Shown here in pieces: positions 25,134-38,250 of a stretch of DNA of 64,000 nucleotides. The notes beneath the pieces were generated by a model, which saw nothing but the letters and a program-made list of their open reading frames with translations, did no database searches and was not told where the DNA came from. Where the stretch lies: the NCBI GenBank assembly GCA_964016885.1, contig OZ024750.1, positions 49,042,001 to 49,106,000 of the forward strand, written 5' to 3'. This stretch comes from Eledone cirrhosa. Lineage: Eukaryota. The position numbers were made by a program, and so were the translations under genes. Numbering within the stretch: position 1 is the first letter of the stretch; every line of letters starts with the position of its first letter.

Positions 25134-25664
25134 AAGAATGAGAAATACGATAGAATGAACTGAGCAGGGATCTATTTGAAAAAAATGTCCTTTGATAAAA
25201 ATAATAGGTCCATTCATGTTGACATCTCTTGCAAAATTGTTGATGCTGGCGTTTTGTGTATGATTTGTTTTTTTAGTAAAGTGCATGATGGCGCACGTCT
25301 ACCTGAAATGGAAAATATACCGTTTTGTAAAAAGAGCTATACTTGAGCACGTACGTAAGCATGAGATTGTGTGTGGGGGGGGGGGTATGAGTGTGGGGGC
25401 ATGGGGGGTGTATGTGTGCGTGTGTGTGTGTGTTATTCGTCCGTATGAAGCTAAGAAGAAATGTGTGTGTATATGGGAGTAAAAGAGTGTGTCTGCTTGT
25501 AAGTACCAAGCTATGAGCAAAGAGAAATCACATCCATACACACTATCACTGACGTTCTCTATCTCCTTCTCTCTCTCACTCTCTCTCTCTCTCATTCTCT
25601 CTAAAGCTATATCTCTCTCTTTCTCTACGTCTTTCTATCTCTTCCTCTCTTTCTGGCAAACATA

Positions 25665-25800
25665 GGTGCGTAGATCAGTGTTTTTTTTTTATGTGCTTGG
25701 CTTTCAATTACATGTTTGTGAGTTCGTCTACCGGGCCGAGTGGCATGTTGTGTCCTTTAAGAAAACATTTTATGTTACGTTGTCTAATTCAGGCTTAGAA
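25665..25800 (+). mobile_element. Highly decayed CORE-type SINE
   Basis: gtgagttcg..ccgggccga..gttgtgtcctttaagaaaacattttatgttacgttg resembles the reverse complement of 35640-35755. Confidence 0.5.
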
Positions 25801-28465
25801 CATGAGATGAGACGATAATGATGGCAATCTGTGTCAGCTTTCGCACTTTTCTTGAACAACGTTGTTACTGTAGCGAAGTGAGATCTGCATTCATGAGTAA
25901 CTACTTGTGTTTAGAAGAATATACCTCATTTTAACTGTTTTCAAAATACTTTCGCAAATATTCAGGCAAATTACAGAACTTTACTGATAAAATAACTCTG
26001 ACAACAACTATAAAATATCTCTTTTCAATGTTGCACGGTTTTATTTCAAAATAAACCTTTTTACAAATAAATAATAAAGTTTGTAAACATGAAATGTAAA
26101 ATCTAAAAGATAGCAAATTTACTGCGTTAAAACATCTTTATGGGTCTATACGATTTTATTGCCGTTCACGAAGTATTATGTGGTAGGAACTCGGTAAACA
26201 TTATATCTCCCAGTACACTGAAGACACGGTATTCTGTATTATATTAAAGTCAGGCATGATAGACACTTTTACTCCGGGAGTTCCTTTTGAATTATATTGA
26301 CGATTGCGCACATTCAATAAATATCTCACAAAGCTTTCGTAAATTAATGGGAAGTAACATTGCAGTAGAAATGCAACGCCTCAAATTAAACAAAACAACA
26401 AACAACCTATTAGAATATACCAGCACTAACTTCAATTCTCCTACCACCATTTTCTACACTGCAGACATGCTCAATCATTCCGAGAGAATTTATTCGAGTC
26501 TATCCGGGATTTCAAATAGTATCAATAGCAGGGACGAGACGTAATGTTGCAATTATATTCTCTGAGAAGCAATCCACATCAACACACACACACACACACA
26601 CAGAGACACACACACGTGTTTCACCAATTTAACCAAACAACCCCGATCATGGTACAACTAAACGCTGCTACCAGATTACCAAGTATAGCAATATATATAA
26701 AGAATTAATAAGGAATAAAATACATAGCAACAAACCCCGCATACATAAGGTTTAAACTATCATCTAACGACACTCATATGATATGTACTTATCACTACTT
26801 GAAGTATCAAGAGAGTAGCCATTATGCTAAGACCGTCTATGTAATGTAATGTCCAACACTTCCAGAGTCTGTAAATTTAAGAACGTTTTCAACATGAATC
26901 GACCCTCTCGCACTCACCTTTCAGTATACATCTACATTGTCTTCTAACAAATCATACTCACATCTTCATTTATTCACGGAGACATTATTTCCCCGTCTAC
27001 CTGAACACGCTATGGCACACTCACTTCAGTAATATTAAAATTGACAACGATTTTGGTTCCCCGACACAGACAAAATATGTCTTAAATTATGTCCCTTTCT
27101 GACCAGCTCAAGCAATAAACATAAAATCAACAGTGGAACTAAGCATCACAACACAATGCTTATAGCCCATATTACAATTGGCCTTTATTACAAAGTGCAT
27201 ACAACCACCAATGCAACGTGCCATCAATACATCAGCATATAAGCACGGCACATACAAAATAGATATATGCGCTACATAAATGCACTACAACTATAGTGTA
27301 TAAACAATATAATAGATCCATCATAGACAAAGCCACGCATGCCTGGGACAACAGTCTTTCAACAACAATTCACAGTTTTAAACATGAACGCAATAGGGTA
27401 CAATATATATCATAGACGTTCTTGATCCGAGTTGAAACTAGACTACACACTGAGAAGAAAGTACAGAGTAAAGATATACACGCATATACATCGGTTGGCA
27501 TTTATATATTTAGATGGAAAGAGTTAGCTTACATTCATACTTATTTAGAGACTAAAACTTCCATATTGCATGACAGAAGTGAATACCACTCTAATCACTA
27601 TGTGCAGTTCACAGTAAATACTATATGAATGTCCTATACTTGGTATCAACATAGTAGATAGGTGTGCTGGGCGACCCGTGGTTGTATTTCTTTGGTAACA
27701 AAGCATCCTGCTCATTTAATTGACTTATCTTTCCATGTGTGTACTCATTGTATTTCAGCGGCACACACTTTGTGACAAGATTAAACATTTGAATCAAAAA
27801 TGTTATTCAGCATTTCACTTGAGAAGAGTAAAACAACATGAAATAAAGAGTCATGCTCAATGAAACAAGGCGATATACAGAATCGAATTATGCTCGAGTA
27901 TAGAACACTAACAGCTAAGATACTTGCTAAGATGCACGCCTCCACAAAATAAATGTTAAGATGTAACAATTTTATGGCCCAAATAATTGAAAATGTTTGA
28001 TTCAAGAATGAAGATAATTGGTTTGGCATTCGCGTTTTTCTACCCCTCACCGTTGTCTATAATATTTTGTTACATGAATATAAAGCTCGTTGTATCTGAA
28101 TTCTCATTGACGCATAAGATGGAATTTTACGCAAGATTATAATGACAGATTGTGTTCGAATATTACAAGCTCATTACTTAAAATGCAACATTATCATCAC
28201 ATTTTGTCATCGACCGTGCATTTCCGTGATAACTTACAGACAAAGGTTGCTACTAACTTAATTAAGAAATCAATTAAATAGAATTGGCATTTTTTAGGAA
28301 AGTAGTGTCATAAAAATGAATGTAACTACGATAGCTAGTATTACATAGAAATATACTGAGACAGACTGTGAAAAATGTACACAGTATAAATAGAGCAACT
28401 GAGAATTGCCAGTACCAATAAAACATCGGATAGAATACTTTCGAGATCCATTGTGGCTGTCTGCG

Positions 28466-28512
28466 TTCTGAGTGATAATATCGCTGCAGTCAATTCTTTC
28501 ATCCACTCGAGG
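28466..28512 (+). mobile_element. Decayed fragment related to SINE family A
   Basis: ttctgagt..ctttcatccactcgaggtcgataaataaagtacca. Confidence 0.55.
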
Positions 28513-29098
28513 TCGATAAATAAAGTACCATTCCAATATTAAGATCGATTCTTCCTCTATATCTCTTCCATCTCTTCCTGACATTCTCTCCCTCTTTCTC
28601 ACCTGTCCACTCTCTCTCGCTCTGCCTCCTCCACTGGTAGAAATCGACTGTGTTCAGACACTGCAAGGCAGATTCGCCGCCATATTTTGATGCTCAGGGA
28701 CACCACATATAAATACGGTGCCACTATCATCCATTCACGTGTTAAAATTCGAAGGAAATATAACTAAATATTCCTTAAACATAATTAATGTTTCATACGT
28801 TAAACTATACTAATATTACACAACATATAGGAATGTTCCATTGTGAACACCTGAATATATATTGTTGATTAATAAAATAAGCTGTTGGCCACATATTTAA
28901 TACGAAATTTGGTTGGCACTTACTTTATGTGCATTGGAACTATGAAGGCAGCGGTATCCTCGACGAAGTACTCGGAAAATGTTCCTGCTAATTATATGAG
29001 TAGGTTTATTTGGCCAAACAACTCATACATAGAATGACTCTCACACGTATACACATACATACACACACACATGTATGTATATATATATATATATATAT

Positions 29099-29338
29099 AT
29101 ATTGTTATACTTTGGGAGGGTCATGTTGCCAATAAGAAACGTACGCACCAGTAGCTTTCACTTCAATTTATTATATATTTATAAATTTACAAATTTATAA
29201 ATTTCTGGTTGGTTGGTTGGTTCCAGAACCAGATAGTTGTTTATATATAGTCATGGTTCTTTCGTCACACACTCTGTGACCTCTTCAGTGAAGTGTGTTT
29301 CTTATTGGAAACATGACCCTCCCAAAGTATAACAATAT
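29099..29338. repeat. 240-bp element with 42-bp terminal inverted repeats and a truncated hammerhead core on the minus strand
   Basis: 29099-29140 vs 29297-29338, one mismatch. Minus 29260-29288 reads CTGAAGA g gtcac..gtgac GAAA. Confidence 0.8.
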
Positions 29339-29412
29339 CGGTTTCAACACACGATTTCAGATAAAGAATCTTGCTAAACAAATTCAGAAACGATATATAT
29401 ATATATATATAT

Positions 29413-29559
29413 ATATTTATTAAAATAACATTAAAGTTTAAGCAAAGAATCGTTGCTTTAAACCTTAACGAGATCTTTTGAAACTGTTTCAGATGATCCC
29501 GTTAAAGGTGAAAGCAGCGATTCTTTGCTTAAACTTTAATCTGTTATTTTAATAAATAT
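29413..29559. repeat. About 147-bp near-perfect fold-back palindrome
   Basis: atatttattaaaataaca-ttaaagtttaagcaaagaatcg vs cgattctttgcttaaactttaat-ctgttattttaataaatat; centre tgaaac-t-gtttca. Confidence 0.9.
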
Positions 29560-29642
29560 TTGCTCTACGGCTCTTATATATCTGATATATATTTATCCTT
29601 ATCGAGCCCTCTTTGGATTTTAGTCTGCAAATTTATTATGAT

Positions 29643-29646
<4 letters not shown>

Positions 29647-29717
<71 letters not shown>
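29647..29717. repeat. (TA)n microsatellite
   Basis: Direct reading. Confidence 0.97.
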
Positions 29718-29720
<3 letters not shown>

Positions 29721-30060
29721 GGGGTAACAGATTATTGTTATAGGTAGTCCACTTAAGTGTAGTCCTGTTATGGTACTCCGGGTAGTGGATGATATCAACG
29801 CTTGGCTAAGTTTGACTCAACAAGGCGTTTCCATAGTGATGCTGCGAGTACGCTGTAATTCCTATGTTGTAAACACCTGGAGTAATGATAAATCAGGAAA
29901 GAAGTGTGACACGGTTTGCTATACAAAAAAGTTTTTAATCTCATTGCTGACAATTGTTTCTCTGAACTGGTAGGTCTAGAGATCGCTACCCGGTTGTTTT
30001 CACGTTATTCGAATACCGATTCAAAGTTGTAACCAGTCAATTCATCGGAGCTTGTGAGAA

Positions 30061-30120
30061 TGAAAAGAATATACAGGCAGGGCTACTATATATAGTAGCC
30101 ATGCCTGTATATTCTTTTCA
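30061..30120. repeat. 60-bp spacerless palindrome, one mismatch
   Basis: tgaaaagaatatacaggcagggctactata|tatagtagccatgcctgtatattcttttca. Confidence 0.95.
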
Positions 30121-30766
30121 TATATATATATAATACTTAGGTTAATAGGAGTTAGGTATTGTATACCCGTGTCCCATTAAGGTATTGGAAGCATAATAAT
30201 TAGCTCTATGCTTTGGAGCAGAGCCGTATATTTGAAAAAATCGTTTTTTTCACAATGTGTTTTCCCCTCCAAATATTCGCTTATATTTCTTTATATATTC
30301 TCTATGTATATTTTTTATCCTTATTTTTTTATCTTTATTATTTCCACTTTTATCCTCCTTTATATTTTACCTTATTCTTACTTTTATACCTTATTATAGT
30401 GTAATCTTCCCCATGCCTTATTATTCACTATTAATTATACATTATTATTATTACTCTTTTTCCATTTCTAATTAACTCATGTACTTTCTCCTCCGCTATA
30501 TATATATATATATATTGTATGCCCGTTGTGTTTGTGTAGCCTCTGCGAACCCTCTGCACCATACTATCGACGGCACCCCATCTATGGTTCAGCTAGCCAC
30601 CCGACTCCCGGGAATGAATATGCAGCTAGTAAACAAGGACCCACACCTCACCCTCCCGCACCAAAATTAGACTTATCGTCCCCTACTTTTGCTCTTTACT
30701 CTCTTTACTCTTTGTTCTTGAATGTTTGGTTGGTAGACTCCATAACACCAATCAAACCCCTTTTAT

Positions 30767-30813
30767 AGCTCTGACGAATCCTACGATTACGTAAGGAAGA
30801 AACATTGTAAGCC
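30767..30813 (+). ncRNA. Type I minimal hammerhead ribozyme
   Basis: gct CTGACGA a tcct-acg-atta-cgt-a-agga a GAAA cattg TA agc. Stem I GCU/AGC, GUA site, followed by aataaa. Confidence 0.7.
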
Positions 30814-31073
30814 AATAAAAATATGTTGATGTTGTAGACGCTCTTGTGTTCTTTTTCATATATATATATATATATATATATTGTTATACTTTTAGAGGGT
30901 CGTGCTGCCAAGGACCTGTTAATTTTCACTTCATTTTAATATAAATTACCGGTGGTAGCACCGGATGGTTGTTTATTTATTGTCAAAGTTCTATCGTAAC
31001 ACATTTCTGATTTCCTCAGTCACTAGGTTTTTATTTTTGTTCCTCCTTTGTTCTGTCTTACACCATTTTGAAT

Positions 31074-31128
<55 letters not shown>

Positions 31129-31299
31129 CTTGGGTAGCGTCATATTGTTATAATAATATTGCCAGAATTAATAACAAACACACTCACTGTTTGGTTGATT
31201 TTCGCTTCTGTATTTTTTATATCTCCACAGTTAATTCATCTGGTCCTCAATGTTTATCATTGACTGGCATGCGGTCAAAAATACAGATATAATATAGAT

Positions 31300-31416
31300 A
31301 TAAATACATATATATAGTCTATCAAAGTTATTTCTTTGCACAGGTACAACATCAGCTGTGGTGCTATTATGTTCCTCCTGTTGTATTGTATGTCTACGCC
31401 ATTTTTATTCATCTGT

Positions 31417-31451
<35 letters not shown>

Positions 31452-32640
31452 TGTTTGTCTTCTTCTCTGCCCATGGGTTTGCGTGTGTGTATAGTGTTTG
31501 TTGCGTGTGTTCGTGTTTGGGTGACTGTGTTTTGGTTATTGTATTCTATCTTAGTTTATTAGTGTGTGTTTATATGTGTTTGTTGTTATTGTGCCTGTGT
31601 ATATATATATTTATTTATTTATTTATATTTCTCTTAAGTCGGTATTGTTTGTTTGGGTGTTGTTGTTATTCCTTCCTTTTTTTTCTGTTTAGCTTTGGCC
31701 TTCTAATTTCGCGTGCCTCTCTGATTTGCATACCTGTTGGGTCATTTCTATGTTTAGATATTATTTTAATTTCTATATTGTCTATATTACCGTTGTGTTG
31801 TTGTCTGGCGTGTTCGTATAATACTGAACCGTTTTTTCGTCCTTTTAATTCCCCCCAGTGTTGGTCTATCATTTCTCCTATACTTCGGTCTGTCTCGCCT
31901 ATGTATGTTGTTGTCATGTTTCTGCAAGTGCAGCCTGTACATCTTATGCTATATACTACATTTCGAATTTTACAGATTTTCTGAGAGTTTCCTTTACATA
32001 TAACACATTTCCTATTAGGACAGTGGGTTTTCTTAAAAGGGTATGTTTCGCTGATCAGGGATTTATTGGTAGATATTGGCTTTTCTACCACTTTAATCTT
32101 TAAGTGTGTCTTTCTCAGGGCCTTTTTGTATTGGTTAGCTAATTTTCATCCAGGGGTTGTGTTCACAAACATGACACTCTGGTATTTTTGGTCGTCGACT
32201 ATGAGGTGGCTTTCCCTACCTTATGTTTAGTCTTATCTAAGCTATTCCATGATTTGCTCCTGTATAATGGGCAAATTTATTTCATGTCCAGTTCTATGAG
32301 GGTCGTATACTTCTCCGTGGCTCCTTCGTATACTCTGATTATGTCTCTTTGGTTGTAGCCGGAGAACTGCATGCGGTTGATGAAGTGTTGGATGTGTCTT
32401 TCCATTTCTATTGTGTCGCACATTCAGGACACGTTCTTCATCACTCGTTCCATGTCTGCGTTCAGAATATTATTCTTTTCAAAACTGGATATAGCTGAGA
32501 TTTTGAGTATCAGGTATTTGGAGGACCTCGGTTTAGTGTAGTGTGGGTGGAGAATTTGGGCCGACTCGTCTATAGTGTTAATCCAGAGTTCCGTGTCTAA
32601 TACATGTAGTCTTGTGTTAGGGTGTTTGGAGGGGTGTAGA
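31300..32640 (-). mobile_element. Penelope-like element (Nematis/Neptune-like) 3' fragment: RT thumb and GIY-YIG
   Basis: ORF 31666-32091 has CPNRKCVICK..CKIRNVVYSIRC..YIGETDRSIGEMIDQH..SVLYEHARQQH..QIREA. Upstream broken frames give LHVLDTELW and HFINRMQFSGY. Confidence 0.8.
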
Positions 32641-32780
32641 TATGTTCGTTGAATTTGAATATATGGCCCTTTAGGGTACCTTTAATACTAGCCCCTGTAT
32701 TAACTGTACTTATTGTGTTGTTATTTCTGTTTACCTTTTACATACATATATGTATATATATATATATATTTATTTATATA

Positions 32781-32857
32781 TAGGGTGTCCCAAAAGTGTA
32801 TACATACTTTTATTAGAATGTTATTGAAGTGTAAATACACCTTTTGGAGACACCCTG
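32781..32857. mobile_element. Tiny Tc1/mariner-type MITE
   Basis: Imperfect TIRs agggtgtcccaaaagtgtat and atacaccttttggagacaccctg, flanked by TA. Confidence 0.65.
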
Positions 32858-33709
32858 TATGCGTGTGTGTGTATTAATTCTCAGTGACGGTTTATTGTCC
32901 TGAGTTATGTAGAGAACGTGAGGTATATTTGCAGAAGCTCAAACAAGGCGTGACGTGATTATGACAGAGTACCAATATTTTAAAATATCCACGGCGTGGT
33001 TTTTATGTGTTTATTATGCCTAAATATATTTTTCATGCTTACGTGAGGGCAACTACTAAAATACAATTGATATTAGAGAAATATTAATGGTGATGTTAAG
33101 GAAAGGAAATAGAGAAATCGTTTAAATTGTGTTGATATGCTTTATCCTCGCAATTACTGACGACTTGCTGATAGTATCAGCTTAACATTATTCGGCTTAA
33201 GAAATGATTAGCAATAACAAACGATTGACAAACGAATCGGATTAGATGTCATTACACCAACGACATTGAGCAATATGGTGTATCTGATGCCGTAAAATTA
33301 GTTGATGGTGGCTTGAAACGATCAATGGCGTTAATGAATTTCAACTAAACTACGCAATCGAATACATAACAGAAAGTTATTTTGTATTTTCAAATAGCCT
33401 CGGGTCAATACTCAGATATTTGGGAATATAAGGGTGTCTGATTTAGACACTAAATTACCATCAAAGTTAACAGTTTGTAGTGCTGGGGATACGTCGAATA
33501 CACCAGTTCCCGTGTTTCATGCGTGCAAGGCTCTACCAGCCATTTCTTTTTTTTTCCTTGAACAATATAGGTGGCCTAGTGTGGCGTGACTTCCATTTGT
33601 GGGGAACGGTTGATCTTACACAAAACCTTAGGCTTTTGATTGCACCGTAGATTTGATCTTTCTAGGAGCCAACCGACTATCAGCTGTGACAGATTAGGAA
33701 TTTCTACCC

Positions 33710-33885
33710 CATGGCAGTATTGGTAGAGTTTCGGACGCCATGATTTGACGCATATAGTTACACTCCTTTCCATTCTGAGTTCTAATGCCACCAAGTTAAC
33801 TTTGCCTTTCATCCTTAAGGAATCGATAAAATAAAGTACCAGTAATGCACTGGGTAATTGCTGGCCTTGTGTCAAAAGTAGAATA
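33710..33885 (+). mobile_element. SINE family A, diverged
   Basis: tggcagtattggtagag..ctttgcctttcatccttaaggaatcgataaaataaagtaccag..aaagtagaa. Confidence 0.85.
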
Positions 33886-35533
33886 AATTATATATATATA
33901 TGTAATATTATACTATATTAATTATTCAGACCGCAATATTATGGGTCTCATGTTTGTTATTTGTGTATTTCTATAGTGAAATAGTGTTTAATTTGGAAAC
34001 AGTGAATCGAAATTACGAAAAGGAACGTGACCTTCAACGGTCATGTTACATAATTTGAGAAAATACAGCAAAATTGGAGGAGAATTAAATTAAAATGCTA
34101 CACATCTAACGATGGTAGTGGTACTTTTCTTTCTTTCCAGGAATATTAAAATCGCCAAACACCTACAGAAACACGTGCACCCATACATACACAATGCACA
34201 AACATAGGTGCACATATGCACACATAAATGAAAGAAGACATGGTAGCATACAAACACGCGCAGATACATATACACACCGATTGAAATACATTGATTACAT
34301 GAAAAAACGAAGGAAGAGAAGATGGACAACAAAAGAAGATATTTTCCAAACCTTAACATAAATCGATAAACAAAATACACAAAGAAAATAAAGGATGAAA
34401 AGAAGAAAGTATTGCACAAAATTATAATAAGGAACAAATAGTTAGCCGAAATCAAAGGGTGCCTCAAACGGGAGATCCTCGCTAAATTTCAAAGGAATTG
34501 TTGTTATGAAAAGCGACACAAATTCTTTGAACAATTCAAACCCAATATGATTTTATCAGGAACTAGTTTAAAGTAAGATAAAAACCAGTGCAGAGTCAGC
34601 AGGAAATGAAAAATAAGACTCAGCGTGTGAATATGAATAGTTAAAGGATTTTCTTTGACAACAATCTTAAAATAAGTGCAGCTCCTTTGGAATCGTGGTC
34701 GGGCATATGGATTCAGAAACTAGCCAATGTGGGGGACGTTGTTCTCAATGGAACTATTTCAAATCGCAGCGGATGGCGTTTAACAAATGGAGGAAATAGA
34801 ACCGATTTCAAACTGAGAAAGAACACTGTTCAAATGTATCTGCATCAAATGAAATAATTATGTATACAAATTCAATTATGGACATCCTCTTATGATTTAA
34901 GAGATGTCTAAAAATAAGTTTGGTAAATCAAATGTTTTTAGTATATTTACTACTGGACTGATCATTGTAGAATGTTGCAACATTAGACTAATGACTTCAA
35001 TTTACCGTGAGTTGCAATTACAGTGATATTTTCTACGTGTCAAAATTAATTTACTAATACAATTTCATGCTTTCTTATTGGAATTGATAGGCGGAAACTG
35101 CAATGCCCGTTATATGTATCTATATACTTGTTTGTCTTCCTCTCTCTTTACGTTTGTGCGCGTTGTGTGACTGAGTAATAATTTAGAGATTTCATAAAAA
35201 TAGATCTATAACATACGTACCAGACTTAAGAAAACTAATACTGGGGTAGATATAATTGACTAAATCAATGTAATGCACCAACATAGGCTCCACATAATTG
35301 TTACAATTAGTATCGGAGTATTAGAATTGAAAATGGAAGAATGAAAGTAAAACATATCCTAGAATAATTATTGGGGAACGTAACTTCACAATGAACACCG
35401 ACAGCAAAGTGAATTCATAAAAACCTCAATACTTGTTTAACCTACCTAACTAGTATGTACAGATATATATGATGTTATATTGATATCACATGGTGAATTA
35501 TCACGGAGACAGATATCGACATATAACCGATTA

Positions 35534-35755
35534 GGAGGAAGACGATCGACTTTCGTCAAATCGGACCGAGGGAACAATGTTTCCGTTGGTCTTTCCAATT
35601 GCTAATACTATCTATCGGTCGCAACTCCAGGTAGAAGGAGCAACGTGAAATAAAGTGTCTTGCTCAAGGACATAACGCATCGCCTGGTCCAGGAATCGAA
35701 CTCACAACCTTACGATTGCGAATCCAATTCTCTAACCATTCAGCCACACGCCTTC
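35534..35755 (-). mobile_element. CORE-type tRNA-derived SINE with 11-bp TSD
   Basis: Minus strand A box tggctgaatgg, B box gagttcgattcc, CORE-like gtccttgagcaagacactttatttcac. ataaccgatta at 35523-35533 and 35756-35766. Confidence 0.85.
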
Positions 35756-36519
35756 ATAACCGATTAATAGACATATAAATATGAATTAAATTTAATTGAA
35801 GTCAATATTGAAGATAGCTCTAAAGCTGTAGGATAATAATTTTGACAATTATAATCTCCAAGAAACTGCTAACTCATCTAAATGATAAAGATATCTTAGC
35901 AAATGAAGAACAAGATTGCTGGGGGTATGTGTATGGATATAAATAACAATTACTGATATATGGTGAGGAGAGCAGAAGAAAATTGTAAGTGGAGCATGGA
36001 GAGATTATGAAAGTATATTCGATAACTTATCACAACCGCAGGAGTTAGAGATACAGTAAAGCAAAAATACAGTGTATCATACCATCTTATTGCTATGTGA
36101 TCTTACTTTGTGGATACTAAAATAATCAATAATATTTAAATAGGAATTACGTTTGTGAATATTTATAAAAATTGGACGAGACCGGATCTCGTAACAGATT
36201 CGGGGGCGTTAAATGACTGAATGTACGAGATTTCACTCTGGGTAGAACGTTGTTTCGTAAAGGATCAAACAATCAAGTGGACTGGAGCAACGGAAAATGA
36301 AGCTATTTGTCTGAGGAAACAACTCTATATGATAATATTACCACCACACCACTATTTCAGGCGCCTTCAAATAAGTACAACAGCATGATTCGATGCTATC
36401 GCTTAATAAGTTAAGGTACTTGTTTAATCAAATATTCAGTGCTGTGAAACATAATGGCGAAATTGTATGATCCAAATCCATATCTACTAAACAAACCAAA
36501 GCTCTCAAAACCCATCACA

Positions 36520-36804
36520 CATATATATATACATATATATACATGTGTGTGTGTGTGTGTGCGTGTGTGTGTGTGTGTGCGTGTGTGTGTGTGTGTGCGT
36601 GTGTGTGTGTGTGCACTCTTTTTTTCTACCTAGGCGGACGTAAATCAATACAGTAAATAAGTACTTCCCTTTGATATTCTTATACTTTCGTTAAATTAAA
36701 TTGATACACACACACAGACACAAACGCACACACACACGCGCGCGCACACACTCACACATACACACACACACACACATACGTACACACACACGCACGCACA
36801 CACG

Positions 36805-36839
<35 letters not shown>

Positions 36840-36850
36840 GTATACATATA
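36520..36850. repeat. Two compound microsatellites, (TA)(TG)n and (CA)n(TA)n
   Basis: Direct reading. Confidence 0.93.
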
Positions 36851-38147
36851 TATTATATCATATTTGAACGATGATATAAAAACAAGCATGTTATGAGAGA
36901 ATAAGCAAATTACGTAGAAATGAATTTATTAATTTAAATATGAATATGGAAACTATAGACTAATCAACGATAAACGTATGTTGCAATACGTTTCATAAAC
37001 CTGGTTTGGAGAAACACAAATAAAATTCATAATAGTATGACATGTGAAGCCTAAACCTTGAAAAGTAATAAGTAAATTACCTGATTAAAGAAACTTAAAC
37101 ATTTTCTATAGAATGATGTGACTAGGCATACATATATTAGTAGCGTTCTGGGCTACCCTCATTTCGAATGAGAATACCATAGTAGGAGTTTAGACATGAA
37201 TATATAAAACAAATGGGAAAATTCGACTAAATGGCAACATTATGGTGAAATTATGATGATCGTAAAAAACTTAGAAGCACCTATAAATACAAAGAACACC
37301 TGATTTACACTAGAAATAAATGAGTTAATGTTATTATTGACAACGTGACTAAGGAAGATTAATAATCTTTCAATGATTTGGAACAATTAATTACAATGAA
37401 TCACATGTACCGGTATAGTACGTCGGAGGACTATAGGGAGACGTACGAAGCTACTAAAATACCCTGTATTAATGGCTCATGTATAATTGGTAGGTAGATT
37501 CAGTGCTATGTCCATTAGATTAACTAGCAGAAAAACCATTCTTCGGGTGGTTTTCTGTTAGCATGTGTAGAGTGTATATTATACGCAAGTACATATACAT
37601 GTAGATATGATCAAATAAAATCGTAATTGACAATATACACAGAAATTGAACGAAGACTGTCTTACACTGTCTTATGTAATCAGTAAAAAAAGACGATATT
37701 ATATATAAACTGCTTTAGGAGAAAATTAGTGACAGAAATATATGAATATTTATTTAAATGATCAGTAACCGGAAGTGTTGACATTTGAAAATGTTAAAGA
37801 AGTGAATCTATAAATATGTAATAAAATATATTTAATGAACAGCCACGAAATTTAGTAGATAAATTATGTAATATTCATTCTTTATTTATTCAAAGTATTC
37901 CAACTTATTTTACTAAGGAGATAAAAAAAAAAGTATAAACCGTACGCAGTCCCGCGCTTCTTACTTTATTATAGTTTAGATATGCAGATGTGTGGTCAGA
38001 ATGCATGAAATGATGCCCTATTTCGTGTAGAATATATAAAGTTCCCATTAGGTATCATGAACCGGCATAAAAACTATTTTTATCATCTTATTTGGCAAAC
38101 TCATTTCATTTGTAAGGAGACGTGCGCAAATGTATAAGTACAAATAT

Positions 38148-38250
38148 GCGGTTTAGTGGTTAGTGTGTTGAGCTCATGATTGTAAGATAGTGAGGTCGAT
38201 TCGAGGACACTTTTCTACCCGTTGTTCCACTCCACTCATTTAGAAAATAA
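38148..38250 (+). mobile_element. Decayed, internally deleted CORE-type SINE
   Basis: ggtttagtggttagtgtgtt..gattgtaag..gtgaggtcgattc..ggacacttt..cgttgttccactccactca. Confidence 0.5.

Noticed and set aside
26287-27400. Possible very old PLE remnant (SINISQSFRKL, scattered Cys motifs)
   Set aside because: Motifs too weak and discontinuous to support without a profile search.
31358-31984. 208-aa hydrophobic, Cys-rich ORF that looks like a membrane protein
   Set aside because: Antisense to the PLE GIY-YIG region and its low-complexity UTR; the composition is a T-rich artefact.
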